This document shows positions 17,226 to 27,687 of a stretch of 64,000 bases of DNA, in pieces. How positions within the stretch are numbered: position 1 is the stretch's first letter; each line of letters begins with the position of its first letter. The DNA is from a virus. The position numbers and the translations under genes were made by a program. The notes under the pieces were generated by a model that saw nothing but the letters and a program-made list of their open reading frames with translations, was not told the DNA's origin and ran no database searches. The stretch spans positions 110,249-174,248 of the IMG/VR virus record IMGVR_UViG_3300032163_000001; one strand, given 5' to 3'.

Positions 17226-19665
17226 GAAACCATTTAAGATGTCTCATAAGTTCATCCGTAGTGGGAGCCGATGGTGGAGGTGGTGCTTCTGTATATGACC
17301 AAATACTCCCATCTTCTAAACCGGCCCATAATATATCATTTTCAACTTCAAGTGAATAAACGCTCGAATCAAAAGATTGAACATAAATCCAATCTGGATC
17401 ATCAAATCTATAAATCTTAGAATGTGTTTCAGAATTGTGAACACTAACATATAATTTATCATTATAGACAGCAATCTTTGCAGGTATGTTAAAAGGTTCT
17501 TCAAGATCTCCACCAATCTGGGTCCAATCTGTTTCTGATCCACTATATTTTCTAACTACTGTAGGAATTCCGTATGCTCCAGCGACACCGTAAAGTTCAT
17601 CATTAAAAATAATCAAATATTGTCCATAATAGTTATCAGGACTTATTGCTGTCCAAGTTGACTCACCATCAAATCTATAAACTTTTCCCTGATGACCTGC
17701 ACCATAAAGAACAACGAAGTGATTATCAATTGCGGCTAATGATATAATACTAACTTCTGCCCCTAATCTCCCAACAGAAGTCCATACTGGGCCATCATCT
17801 AAACGGTACACTATCCCAGATGGATAAGTTCCCACATATATTTGCCCTTCTCCAGTACCAGTATAGTCAAATTCGATCATACTATAAACAGATTTATTAG
17901 TTGATAAAGTACCTCCAACTTGAGACCATAAATCTGTCCCAGAATCGTACTTATATACTCTTGCATCACTGTCTGTACTACTGTAAATTCCTGTATAAAG
18001 CTCTCCACCATATACCAACAATACATTTGGTCTTTTAGGGGGTTGATGAATCATCAGTGTCCAATCAGGATCGTCAAAACGATACATTTCCATATATTCT
18101 GGAATGTCTACTGCAGTAAAAATGTTGGGAGATAGAAATGCAAAACTATGAACCTCAAATACAGGATATCCTGAGTATAAAGGAGTTCCTCTATTGATAA
18201 ATATAGGTTCAGGAGTTGATTCGTATGACCAAACAGTTCCATCCATTCCAGACCATAGTAATCCATCCCACGCTTTGAAACAATACAGGGAATCATATAT
18301 TTCAAAAATACCAGCTAACTGCTCCCAACTACCTGGAGTTCCTAAATATTTATAAAATTTAATCGGCCAAGGATCATCTCCAAAGCAACCTCCTATATAT
18401 AAGTCAGTACCATCAGAAACAAGTTCTCCATCCCCTCCATCAGCAAAATTTCCAATCTCAGTCCAGTCTGAGGGACCATTATACTTATAAACAAGAAGAG
18501 ACTCTTGATAATGGCAACCATAAAGTTCTCCGTTATGAACTACTAATCGAGAGCCTACTAAGTTTCCACTCTGTGCAACCCAACTACCAGTTACCAGTTT
18601 ATAGACCTTTCCATTGTAACCACCAGCAAATAACTCCCCACCAAAATCTATTAAAGAGTAAATTAAAGTTTCACTATCCACTTGTCCAAGGTCAGTCCAA
18701 GACTCACCATCTAATCTATAAACCTTTCCACTATTCCAGGTTCCAATATGGATTGTTCCATCAAAAACACACATACTACAAACTTCCTCATTAGTTCCAA
18801 TATCTCCTCCCACCTGTGTCCATGTTGTTTCACCCATATACTTGTAAACACGAGCATAATATGTTCCTGGAATTGTGCTTGAAGATGTTCCAACGTAAAG
18901 ATCACCACCGAATTCAACAAATCTATAGGCTGCTTCATATTCTCTAAAAGTACCAACAATTGTCCAAACACCACCATCATATCTATAAACACCAGCTAAG
19001 CTCGCATCGTCTGAACTTGTGCCAGAATATATTTCTCCACCAAAAGAAACAATATCTGACACTCCCCCATATGATAGAACCTCTCCTTTGTAAGTCCATC
19101 CAACAGGTGCTGGTTTTGTGGTAACTTGAGGATGGGATAGACCACTTTCCGGGGAAATTTCCCCTCCATCCAACAATAGTCTAAAATAATAAGTTGTATT
19201 ATAGAGAGCCTTAAGTGGTTGAATTGCAAAATCTATTTCTTGATATCCTATGTCAAAATATTTTGACAATGTTCCACTTTCATAGTAATTACCGTAAAGA
19301 GTACTGTTGCTTAGTTTAAAAGTAGATACTTGAGAAAATTCGTCGCCCTTACCGTTAGCATAAACCCAGTCGTAAGGGTAGGATCCAACATCACTAAAAT
19401 TCACGTCATCAGTACTATATTGCATTGAAACTATACCAGTAGCACCTTCCATCCCAAAGGTATTAACTGCTACCCTGCACCTAATTATGTTGTTATTTTC
19501 GAGTGTGGGTGTTACATTCTCCTCCTCTAATTGTTCAGTAGGTTCGGCTGCATCGTCTTGAAAAAACTTCCAATTGCTTTGAAACTGGGCAAACCAAAAC
19601 CGTAGAGAAGCTGGTGCTTCACCTTCTAATGTAAATGGATTCCACTCAAACTTTCTAATTGGCAT
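17191..19665 (-). CDS. Beta-propeller (kelch-like, YG-repeat) tail fibre protein ending in the ELMRHLKWFHGGENKGCWLG motif
   Basis: 824 aa with many repeats of the G(E/D)LY.G....(V/I)Y(K/R)(Y/F)(D/N) type. Confidence 0.5.
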   Translation of the reverse strand: MPIRKFEWNPFTLEGEAPASLRFWFAQFQSNWKFFQDDAAEPTEQLEEENVTPTLENNNIIRCRVAVNTFGMEGATGIVSMQYSTDDVNFSDVGSYPYDWVYANGKGDEFSQVSTFKLSNSTLYGNYYESGTLSKYFDIGYQEIDFAIQPLKALYNTTYYFRLLLDGGEISPESGLSHPQVTTKPAPVGWTYKGEVLSYGGVSDIVSFGGEIYSGTSSDDASLAGVYRYDGGVWTIVGTFREYEAAYRFVEFGGDLYVGTSSSTIPGTYYARVYKYMGETTWTQVGGDIGTNEEVCSMCVFDGTIHIGTWNSGKVYRLDGESWTDLGQVDSETLIYSLIDFGGELFAGGYNGKVYKLVTGSWVAQSGNLVGSRLVVHNGELYGCHYQESLLVYKYNGPSDWTEIGNFADGGDGELVSDGTDLYIGGCFGDDPWPIKFYKYLGTPGSWEQLAGIFEIYDSLYCFKAWDGLLWSGMDGTVWSYESTPEPIFINRGTPLYSGYPVFEVHSFAFLSPNIFTAVDIPEYMEMYRFDDPDWTLMIHQPPKRPNVLLVYGGELYTGIYSSTDSDARVYKYDSGTDLWSQVGGTLSTNKSVYSMIEFDYTGTGEGQIYVGTYPSGIVYRLDDGPVWTSVGRLGAEVSIISLAAIDNHFVVLYGAGHQGKVYRFDGESTWTAISPDNYYGQYLIIFNDELYGVAGAYGIPTVVRKYSGSETDWTQIGGDLEEPFNIPAKIAVYNDKLYVSVHNSETHSKIYRFDDPDWIYVQSFDSSVYSLEVENDILWAGLEDGSIWSYTEAPPPPSAPTTDELMRHLKWFHGGENKGCWLG

Positions 19666-19681
19666 TAAACTCCACCTTGGC

Positions 19682-20506
19682 CTATCCTACATACTCAATT
19701 GTTATAGCACCAATTTTTACATACTTACTATTTTGACTATACATACGAATTCGTATATTTAAAGTATCTCCTACTGCGAGATTTGAGATCACATTATCAT
19801 CATCAAAAAACTCTGCTGCTATAGTACCTTCTCTTTCTGAAGCCCAATCTCCAGCAGTTTCTGATACTATATCTGTTATACTAGAAGTAGTAGCTGATCC
19901 ATCTTTAGAAAGTATGATATCAATCTTATTATCTGCCGTTGAATCATCTTCTGTACAGATATCAACAATTATTGCAACTATATCATTAAAGTTAAGAAAT
20001 GTTTCAGGAACTCTCCATTGAAAAGAAATATCATAGCTTTGGAAAGTTACTTCATCAGAAACCCACTTATAGAAATTATAATTAAAATCATTATGGGTTT
20101 CCATATCTGTAGTCATATTTCCAATATTTGCACCACCAGGAGATGCAACGAATGTTGCTCCAGCAAATTCTGGAAAAAATACTTCTTTTCTTGAAAATCT
20201 AACATAATCTTTTGTTACATATTTATTTGTAGCACTTGGAGTTTCTTCTCCAGCTAGTGCTGCTTTCTGGTCTGAAGTTGGTCCAACATCTGATACATCT
20301 TTTAAAGCTACATCTAATTTATTAAGGCTTTCACCATGTGAATCTGTATGATCTATATAGTTTTCTTCGGTATATGACCTGCTACCAAAAACAGCATCTA
20401 TTATATCGAAGTTATTATTTAGAACCTGATCCCACGACTCAAAAGTTTCAGGATCTCGGTGAGATGGTTTCCTTAAGTTTAAATCCTCAGTATAGTTTGA
20501 AGACAT
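19682..20506 (-). CDS. Hypothetical tail/baseplate protein
   Basis: 274-aa ORF, tightly packed in the structural operon. Confidence 0.4.
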   Translation of the reverse strand: MSSNYTEDLNLRKPSHRDPETFESWDQVLNNNFDIIDAVFGSRSYTEENYIDHTDSHGESLNKLDVALKDVSDVGPTSDQKAALAGEETPSATNKYVTKDYVRFSRKEVFFPEFAGATFVASPGGANIGNMTTDMETHNDFNYNFYKWVSDEVTFQSYDISFQWRVPETFLNFNDIVAIIVDICTEDDSTADNKIDIILSKDGSATTSSITDIVSETAGDWASEREGTIAAEFFDDDNVISNLAVGDTLNIRIRMYSQNSKYVKIGAITIEYVG

Positions 20507-20534
20507 TTTTATTCTCCTTTACAATTTCCAAAAT

Positions 20535-21437
20535 TTATTCATCTCCGTTTAAGCCATAGTAACGAAAACCATACCACCAAGCACCATAGCCTGGTTTAAA
20601 CCATTTAGTATAGTCATCTGGAAAGTCTGGACTAATCTCAAAAGCTTTGATGTAGTTTGCCTTTTCTCTAGTATTATATTCTTTTTCATTCGAGATATCT
20701 AAAGATACATCAAATACTTCATATCTAGGTTCAACTACAAATAATCTTATTTCACAAATACCGATACCATATAGAGATATATCATCTCTAGGAACTAATC
20801 TTAACTCTAGAGAGCTAATTTCGTTACTAGTAAATTTTCTACTAAAAATTTTTTCCCAAAAGACTGTTTCCCAAGTTGAACTAAAAAATATTTCATCAGG
20901 TTTTAGTACACGCCATGAAGAACCTACTTTAATTATCGCACTTAAAGGAAAACTATTAGGAGGTCCAGATAGTTGTCTACCTCTAACTGCTATATCAATC
21001 CATCTATCTATCGATGAAGTTTCAACATCGTTAAAACCAAACGTAATAGCCTTAGAAGATGGATATTCAAATAAAGGTAGTGTTTGAGAAACGATTGTGA
21101 TTAATCTATTTTCTGAATAATGTTGTATTTCTCTTGGACTTGTTACTAGAGCAATAATTGTAGTATATAATAATTCGGGATAATAATATTGTATATCATG
21201 AGTATTAGTATCATACCAAACTATCGTAAAACTTGGTCCTTCAATATAATGTTGTAAGTCTTGAATAGACTCTTCAGAAACTATACTAAATAACGGTGTT
21301 TCAATATAGTTTTGTAAGTCTTGAATAGACTCTGCAGAAACTATATTAAACAATGGCGCTTCAATATAATTTTGTAAGTCCTCTATATCTATATCTATAG
21401 TAGACGTAGAATCGAGTTCTTCTTCATAAGTAGGCAT
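20535..21437 (-). CDS. Hypothetical structural protein with three tandem 19-20 aa repeats (IQDLQNYIE.PLF.IVS.ES)
   Basis: Protein repeats correspond to roughly 60-bp DNA tandem repeats. Confidence 0.45.
   Translation of the reverse strand: MPTYEEELDSTSTIDIDIEDLQNYIEAPLFNIVSAESIQDLQNYIETPLFSIVSEESIQDLQHYIEGPSFTIVWYDTNTHDIQYYYPELLYTTIIALVTSPREIQHYSENRLITIVSQTLPLFEYPSSKAITFGFNDVETSSIDRWIDIAVRGRQLSGPPNSFPLSAIIKVGSSWRVLKPDEIFFSSTWETVFWEKIFSRKFTSNEISSLELRLVPRDDISLYGIGICEIRLFVVEPRYEVFDVSLDISNEKEYNTREKANYIKAFEISPDFPDDYTKWFKPGYGAWWYGFRYYGLNGDE
21243..21400. repeat. About 2.6 copies of a 60-bp tandem repeat inside the 20535-21437 gene
   Basis: TCAATATA(A/G)T(G/T)TTGTAAGTCTTGAATAGACTCT(T/G)CAGAAACTATA(C/T)TAAA(T/C)AA(C/T)GG(T/C)G(T/C)T repeated head-to-tail. 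Confidence 0.6.
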
Positions 21438-21452
21438 TATAGTATCTCACTT

Positions 21453-22013
21453 TTACTGTAGTTTAATTCTAATTGTACAACCTAAAGTTTCATCTGCAGA
21501 TAATGTTCTACTTTGACTTAGAGCTACATAAGAAATAAGAGGTCCTGCAGTTCCGCTTCCAACTGTAGTTAGAACTGAATAAGTTACGGGTCCCCAACTA
21601 CCACCAGTAGCCTGAAAAATTACTTGTGCAGAAGTAATCATGTAATCTCCAGAATCAAGTTCTAAAGTAGGCCAGCTCGTACTATCTCTCGTTATTTCTT
21701 GTCTCTCATACCCATTAGTTGATGGCTCTCCCATAATATCTGCTAAAGAATCAGTTTCCTCAGGAGTATCATCAACAAGCATGAGATAGAAAGTTGGAGG
21801 AACATTTTGGTCCCTAAAATAAGCATCTAAAAGATTTTCTTCTCCTTCATCTGCTAAAGCATTTTCAGTAGTCCATTTAGCTATAAGTTCCCCATTTTTA
21901 TCTCTATGTTCCCATTCATATACTCCAAGCCAAAAAGGATGTTTCTTTCCATAGAGAACCTGCCTAGTAGCTGCCATCAGTTTTTCTTTAAAATTATTCG
22001 TAAACAACTTCAT
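21453..22013 (-). CDS. Hypothetical structural protein
   Basis: 186-aa ORF. Confidence 0.4.
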   Translation of the reverse strand: MKLFTNNFKEKLMAATRQVLYGKKHPFWLGVYEWEHRDKNGELIAKWTTENALADEGEENLLDAYFRDQNVPPTFYLMLVDDTPEETDSLADIMGEPSTNGYERQEITRDSTSWPTLELDSGDYMITSAQVIFQATGGSWGPVTYSVLTTVGSGTAGPLISYVALSQSRTLSADETLGCTIRIKLQ

Positions 22014-22199
22014 TTTAAACCTCCTATGTTAGTTATAATTTAATCCTCATCTGGATTTAAAGGACCGGAAAAACGAATTACAATATATGATAGTTCATTG
22101 GAATCTCTAACTTTTACATGAAAGTCAGTACTGTCTACTGGATATTTTTCCCAGATTGTACTCTTAATAGTTTCATTAGTTTTTAAAATTGCCATAATA

Positions 22200-24461
22200 T
22201 TACTCCGTTATATGAACACAAGCTTCAAATGTACTGCTACCAACAGGATTAACTACTGATAGTTTTACTAAAAAAACATCCATTCTAGGAAAACTATGGA
22301 CTGGATCTTTTTCGTTAGAAAAAGTGCCATCTCCAAAATCCCAATGAAAATTCAAGGAATCTAGATCTCCAATACAATCATTTGTAAATGATATAGCTAA
22401 AGAACCACTGTTAGAATAACTCCAAGAAGAAACTGGACCATTTAATCTTGGACTAATATATGTATTTGCTGGATTTTCTTCTTCTGATATATTACCATCA
22501 CCAAAAGTCCATCTCCAATCTGTAGGAATTCCAAGAGAAGTATTTGTGAATTGTACTAACAATGGACTATAACCAGATCTTGGATCTCCAGTAAAAGAAG
22601 CTTCTAGTACAAAAATACCTGTTTGAACTTTTACTAAGTCAGTTCCACCAATACAATCGAAGACACCACCCCAGTCAAAACCTAAGGAACCACCTGCTAT
22701 CAATACTTCAATATCACCAGAAGTAGCATCACTATGTCCATTAGTTGGAAGAAGTTCAAACTCAAGTTCAGTAGTAGCATCAGTTTGTACTTGCTGTCGG
22801 TACCAATAGTCACTTGACAAAACTTCAAATTCTAGATCAGAAGTTGTGTCACTCCATGGTGTAATACGACAGTTTAAAGAACTACCAGCATATTGAGTTA
22901 AGAGATATTGTAAAGGTTCATCCCACGCAATTCCAATATCAAAATAAGAACCACAATCATATGTTTCTCTTGAGTATAGAATTGGTTCTATAACACTAGT
23001 ACTATCAAAGCACTCTAATAAAGGAGACGAACAACATGCTAAACTATCAGCTGTTGCCCAATCATAGAATGGAAGTACACATTTAATGTAAAAGATTAAG
23101 TCGTAGAGTCTTACTACATCAAAGAGAGGGTTATCTATAATATAAGCAAATTGGATTCCAAGAAGTCTTGCTCTATAAGGTTTAAATACATTGACTATTC
23201 TTTTAATTTTTGCAAAAGCTCCAACACCTAATACAATTGAAATGATATCAGAAAATTCTGGTCCAATATGAATTTCCACCCATCCTGTTAGATCTTGTAG
23301 TAAATTGGCTAGAAGTTCATATTGTCTTCCAGAAGAGATCCAAGAATCTAAACTACCTTTTAGATCAGAGTTAATAAGCTGTAATTTTTGTCCAGCAGAA
23401 GATTTATCTTGTATAAAGTTTCTTGATCTTATTCTAGTAAAAGTATCGTAAAATTGTTCTATGTGTGATTCTCTATATGCTTTTTCTCCAACTGGATCAT
23501 CTGAATTATATTCTGGATATCCAGCTAAATCTTCGTATTGTTGAGTTATTTGATGAGTATTCGTTAAATCTCCATCGTAACATATATAAAGTGCAGAATC
23601 TGGAGCAGAGTCTGTCCCGTAATTATAGTAATTATTAAAAGTATATATACATGATAAATAAAGTTCTAGTAAAGAAACTGTATAATTTAAATAACTTAGT
23701 CTAACATCTTTCTCTAAATATCGTGTAGAAATCCATTTATCATATTGGTCTTCTACTTTTCTAATAAGAACAGCAAACGCTACTTGCACATTAGATATAT
23801 TAAATGCTGGTCTTAATCCAAAGTAAGGAGATTTAGAAGGAAGAGCTATTTTATTTAAATTAATAAGTTCTAAAATTTGTTCTTTACTTTGCATCCAATG
23901 AGGATCAATATTTATAGTTTCTTCAAAACTGATATCTGGCCAACCAATTATCGAATATTCAGGAAATACTGAAATTCCTCTAAAAATTAGTTCTCCATCT
24001 TCATTCTTTTGTAACCAATATTCAGCTAAATCTGTATCTTTCAAACCATAGTAATCAATAGCACTTTTTATAGCTAGAGGAGTTCCTTTTATTTTATAAA
24101 GATTAACAAGGTCTAGAAAGAAGTTTACTCTAGATGTTAAAGATAAAATGTCAGACGGATATTGAAATCCGAAGCTCTTTATTAATTCATCTAGATATTT
24201 CTGGGGCAAAATAAATGGATCACTGGTATGTTTTTGAATAGTTCCTAGTGTTCGAAAACCAGAATACCAATCTATAAGGAATTTTCGTATTCTTTTATAA
24301 TCTTGCGAATTAAAGCAGGTTTGATCAATTGTTTGTTCAAATAGTGTTCTTGCTTTAGTTCTTTCTGCATCGGACAAAATCTGTAAGGTTCCATCTAAAT
24401 CAGGAACTTGTTGTCCACTTAAGTACTGGAAGATTTTCCAGTAATCTGAGATATTAAACAA
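22200..24461 (-). CDS. Baseplate/tail protein with two C-terminal PKD domains
   Basis: WRWTFGDGNISEEENPANTY and FHWDFGDGTFSNEKDPVHSF match the PKD W.FGDG..S....P.H.Y signature. 753 aa. Confidence 0.55.
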   Translation of the reverse strand: MFNISDYWKIFQYLSGQQVPDLDGTLQILSDAERTKARTLFEQTIDQTCFNSQDYKRIRKFLIDWYSGFRTLGTIQKHTSDPFILPQKYLDELIKSFGFQYPSDILSLTSRVNFFLDLVNLYKIKGTPLAIKSAIDYYGLKDTDLAEYWLQKNEDGELIFRGISVFPEYSIIGWPDISFEETINIDPHWMQSKEQILELINLNKIALPSKSPYFGLRPAFNISNVQVAFAVLIRKVEDQYDKWISTRYLEKDVRLSYLNYTVSLLELYLSCIYTFNNYYNYGTDSAPDSALYICYDGDLTNTHQITQQYEDLAGYPEYNSDDPVGEKAYRESHIEQFYDTFTRIRSRNFIQDKSSAGQKLQLINSDLKGSLDSWISSGRQYELLANLLQDLTGWVEIHIGPEFSDIISIVLGVGAFAKIKRIVNVFKPYRARLLGIQFAYIIDNPLFDVVRLYDLIFYIKCVLPFYDWATADSLACCSSPLLECFDSTSVIEPILYSRETYDCGSYFDIGIAWDEPLQYLLTQYAGSSLNCRITPWSDTTSDLEFEVLSSDYWYRQQVQTDATTELEFELLPTNGHSDATSGDIEVLIAGGSLGFDWGGVFDCIGGTDLVKVQTGIFVLEASFTGDPRSGYSPLLVQFTNTSLGIPTDWRWTFGDGNISEEENPANTYISPRLNGPVSSWSYSNSGSLAISFTNDCIGDLDSLNFHWDFGDGTFSNEKDPVHSFPRMDVFLVKLSVVNPVGSSTFEACVHITE

Positions 24462-25100
24462 TTAACCTTCTCCTCTATACGGAAGTATTTGAACTGAATT
24501 TATAGCCGTATAGTTAAACATATTTTCCACAAGGTAAACTTCATAACAACATTCTAGAACAGATGATGGAGTTGATAATAAAGTTTCATTATCATATAAA
24601 CTAAAAGAGTTATTTATCTTAAGATCTAAATATAAATAAACCATTTTTGATAGTTGAGTTGATAAAGAATTATAGTCAATATCAAGAATGATACTAGCAG
24701 TTGAATCAGCAGTTCTATATTCAAGAAGTTTATCAAGTATTTGTAAGTCATTAATATTAGTTGCATCTGTACTTAAAGAAAAAATATTTGTGTTACAAAC
24801 TGGAGGATCGTCGTCTGCTATAAAATATCTACCAGTAACTGGATAAAGAAGTAATCTGGTTTTTATAATATTAGTCCATGTTCTCGTTGCATCTTCTCTA
24901 TACAAATATCTATATGAAGTATAAATTCTAGGCCAATTATCATCGAACAGCAATCGAATGAAACTTCTATTTTCAGTAAAAAGAGAATCTGGTAATGAAA
25001 CTGGATATGGAACACCAGATTTATTTAGAGCGGTTCTCTTCAAAAAATTAGAGAAATAATACTGCACTTCACCAACTAGTGTATTACTATTTGGAGGCAT
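24462..25100 (-). CDS. Hypothetical structural protein
   Basis: 212-aa ORF. Confidence 0.4.
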   Translation of the reverse strand: MPPNSNTLVGEVQYYFSNFLKRTALNKSGVPYPVSLPDSLFTENRSFIRLLFDDNWPRIYTSYRYLYREDATRTWTNIIKTRLLLYPVTGRYFIADDDPPVCNTNIFSLSTDATNINDLQILDKLLEYRTADSTASIILDIDYNSLSTQLSKMVYLYLDLKINNSFSLYDNETLLSTPSSVLECCYEVYLVENMFNYTAINSVQILPYRGEG

Positions 25101-25899
25101 TAACTTCTTCTCCTACATTTAAGATTTTATTTGCACGTCTGGTTTCCCATTGTTTCTTATAAAATTCGATTGGACGATTTTTTGCTGATATACTCATATT
25201 TTTTCTAGTTTCTTCAGATTTTGGTTTTCCTTTAAGTGCTTTACTAATTTTTTCTCTAATCTGAATGGAACGAGGTCCTGTACGTTTTCCTTTTCTTGCT
25301 TTACTCTTTTTCTCCTTTACTTCTAGTCTACCGGATGTTTCAATTCCTGAGCACTTATTGCACATCTTACTTAATTGCAGTACTTCTCTTTCTCCACATA
25401 TAGGACATAGTTTTCTATTAGTTGTAATACCACCTTTCCAATTTGGATGATTCTCTCTAGAAAAATTTGGTCTTTTCTTTCCTCTCCAAACTTTACTACT
25501 TCTTTCTCTATCTTCTTCAGTAAAAAGATATCCAGAAGAACCTTCACCGCCATCAGTTTGGTTAGTTAAAGGACCTGATTTTAAATCAGATCTACCAATC
25601 ACAGAAATAAGAGACCTTTCTAGTTCAAAAGCTTGTTTTTCATTTACGTTATCTTTGAATTTTATAACAATAGGTTCTAGCCCTTCTTGTATAATTTTTT
25701 TAATCTTGTTAAACTTATGAAAATTTCCAGAATAACATTTATTATAGTTTTTAGCTTCTTTCAAATGAGCTAAATATTGATTCTTTTTTCCTTTTCCTAC
25801 ATAAAATGGTTCATAGTCAAATGAGTATTTATTATAATTATATTTTCCATATTTTCTTGGATCTAAATACATATAAACATAGAAATTATTTAGATCCAT
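25087..25899 (-). CDS. GIY-YIG homing endonuclease (Seg/I-TevI-like)
   Basis: N-terminal FYVYMYLDP...PFYVGKGKKNQYLAH is the classic GIY-YIG motif. NHPNWKGG and CPICGE Zn-finger/NUMOD-like C-terminal half. Confidence 0.8.
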   Translation of the reverse strand: MDLNNFYVYMYLDPRKYGKYNYNKYSFDYEPFYVGKGKKNQYLAHLKEAKNYNKCYSGNFHKFNKIKKIIQEGLEPIVIKFKDNVNEKQAFELERSLISVIGRSDLKSGPLTNQTDGGEGSSGYLFTEEDRERSSKVWRGKKRPNFSRENHPNWKGGITTNRKLCPICGEREVLQLSKMCNKCSGIETSGRLEVKEKKSKARKGKRTGPRSIQIREKISKALKGKPKSEETRKNMSISAKNRPIEFYKKQWETRRANKILNVGEEVNASK

Positions 25900-26482
25900 T
25901 TTCTTCTCCTACACTCAATAAATCTGCAGTAGATAACATATCTAGTATGTGGAGAAAAAAGACTTCAACTGGTAAGTTACTAAAGCTAAAATTAACGTCA
26001 GAATCTGAGCTCCACCTCCCAGGATGATATCGAGTACATTTTTCTAATAAACATACCTGTTCTTCCGTGAAAATTCTCATAAAAACTGACTTATTTTCAC
26101 GAATTATATCGCCAATTAATTGGTCATGCTTAGTATTTGTATATCTACTATTAGTTGGATCTATCCCATATTTGAAACTGTCGTGTAGCACTACAGAAAA
26201 AAGTAAAATATCAGAATCTAAACTTTTTGGAGAAATATTAAAAATTGACAGAAGTTTAACACATGCTACCAACATCTCATGTGTGTGTTCGGCAATACTA
26301 GGAACTGTTGAATCTCTTCTTCGATGATATTTTCCCGTACTACTAGAAAGTCGTTGCCAAACATCTGGAATCTTTTCTTTAAGACCCTTCCAAAGAAGAA
26401 AAGATCTTTCTGTCATATTAGTATATAACAACCCGTCAATCTTCTCCATATAGTCCATAACAGTTCTCCATTCACAATTCAT
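25886..26482 (-). CDS. HD-domain phosphohydrolase (YfbR-like 5'-deoxynucleotidase candidate)
   Basis: SIAEHTHEMLVA and VVLHDSFKYG resemble the YfbR SEHS..VA / ALLHDASE metal-binding motifs. Confidence 0.45.
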   Translation of the reverse strand: MNCEWRTVMDYMEKIDGLLYTNMTERSFLLWKGLKEKIPDVWQRLSSSTGKYHRRRDSTVPSIAEHTHEMLVACVKLLSIFNISPKSLDSDILLFSVVLHDSFKYGIDPTNSRYTNTKHDQLIGDIIRENKSVFMRIFTEEQVCLLEKCTRYHPGRWSSDSDVNFSFSNLPVEVFFLHILDMLSTADLLSVGEENGSK

Positions 26483-26588
26483 TTTATATTTGTTCCAAAA
26501 CTTTAAACAAGTTTAGATTAGACAAAAAATAAGTGGCCTACCTTTTTAGGTTCTTTAAAAAGTAAGCCACTTTTACAATTTAGATCTT

Positions 26589-26978
26589 TCAGTCTTCTTT
26601 AACAATCATATAATCAATCAGCTGTAACTCACTAGCTGAAAGTTTAACATCGGAAAGATCGTCTATTTTAATTGGTCTAATATCAACTTCTATTTCTTCG
26701 TCTAATAACTCTCCTACTTCCTTGTAGAAAATTTGTAAGTTTGAATCTGTAACTACAATTTTTCCCGACTCGTCTTCTGTTCCATATTTTGCAACTAGTT
26801 CAGTCCTAGCTTTTTCAAAAGGTTCTATTTCTTGACTTATTTTTCTTGTATTTCTAAGAATATTATAAGAAGTTTTTACTGGAAGTGAAGTAGTAGTTAA
26901 TTTTTGGAGGACTGAAGAACTTTCTAAAATCTCTCTGATTTTTACTTTCATATTCGTTTTTCTCCTTTCATTATTCAA
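26589..26978 (-). CDS. Hypothetical protein
   Basis: 129-aa ORF. Confidence 0.4.
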   Translation of the reverse strand: MNNERRKTNMKVKIREILESSSVLQKLTTTSLPVKTSYNILRNTRKISQEIEPFEKARTELVAKYGTEDESGKIVVTDSNLQIFYKEVGELLDEEIEVDIRPIKIDDLSDVKLSASELQLIDYMIVKED

Positions 26979-26982
26979 AAAT

Positions 26983-27399
26983 TTACTTAATTAATAGAAT
27001 CAATCCAATACTAAGAATTACAAGTAGAACTCTCTCAATTGTTATTGGTTTAGGTTCTTGTGCTTTAAGTAACTTTTGGTACTGGTCGGATTCGAACTTT
27101 CTAGTTTCTCTTTCTTGAGTAAATTGATTGTGCTCAAAATCTGCCCTTTTCTTTTCAAGATCAATTTCTTGTTTTAATAAGTCTATTTGTTTATCTGTCA
27201 AAGATTGTTCTTGTTTAAACAAATTAATAGTCTTCTGCAATTGTTCACTCGTTAACTTTGCCTTAAGCAAATCCTCTACTTCTTCATTTGACAATACTAC
27301 TTCATTCTCATTTATTCGAGTCCACGCTTGAGCGATTGAAATATTGATTAAGAAGGTTATCAATATCAGACTTATTGAGATGAGTTTTCTGAATTTCAT
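26983..27399 (-). CDS. Secreted/membrane coiled-coil protein
   Basis: N-terminus MKFRKLISISLILITFLINISIAQAW, then coiled coil, then C-terminal hydrophobic segment. Confidence 0.4.
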   Translation of the reverse strand: MKFRKLISISLILITFLINISIAQAWTRINENEVVLSNEEVEDLLKAKLTSEQLQKTINLFKQEQSLTDKQIDLLKQEIDLEKKRADFEHNQFTQERETRKFESDQYQKLLKAQEPKPITIERVLLVILSIGLILLIK

Positions 27400-27679
27400 C
27401 TACTTTTTTCTCCGACTCTTTAATTTGCTTCTGTAATACGATCTTATCCTTTTGAATCTGGTTTATTTGGCTTTGAAGTTTTACTTTATCCTGACTATAG
27501 TTTTGTTCAAATATCTTTCGCTGATCATCAATTTGCTTGACTTTCTTGTTTACTTCCTCCGTGAGTTGCTTCTTCATTAAATTAAGATCGGATCTATGTT
27601 TGAATTCATAATATACAACAAAGACAAGTAATAGAATTATTACCCAAATTATAGGACTCTTCAAAATCTTCGCAATCAT
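27308..27679 (-). CDS. Membrane-anchored coiled-coil protein
   Basis: TM segment IIWVIILLLVFVVYY then heptad-rich region. Overlaps the next gene by 92 nt. Confidence 0.4.
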   Translation of the reverse strand: MIAKILKSPIIWVIILLLVFVVYYEFKHRSDLNLMKKQLTEEVNKKVKQIDDQRKIFEQNYSQDKVKLQSQINQIQKDKIVLQKQIKESEKKVDEIQKTHLNKSDIDNLLNQYFNRSSVDSNK

Positions 27680-27687
27680 AATTTCTC

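Noticed and set aside
22028-22194. Possible 50-aa minus-strand gene with GGAG SD in the 186-nt gap between the PKD baseplate gene and the next structural gene
   Set aside because: Careful reverse-complement reading gives an in-frame TAG after 19 codons, so there is no credible ORF.
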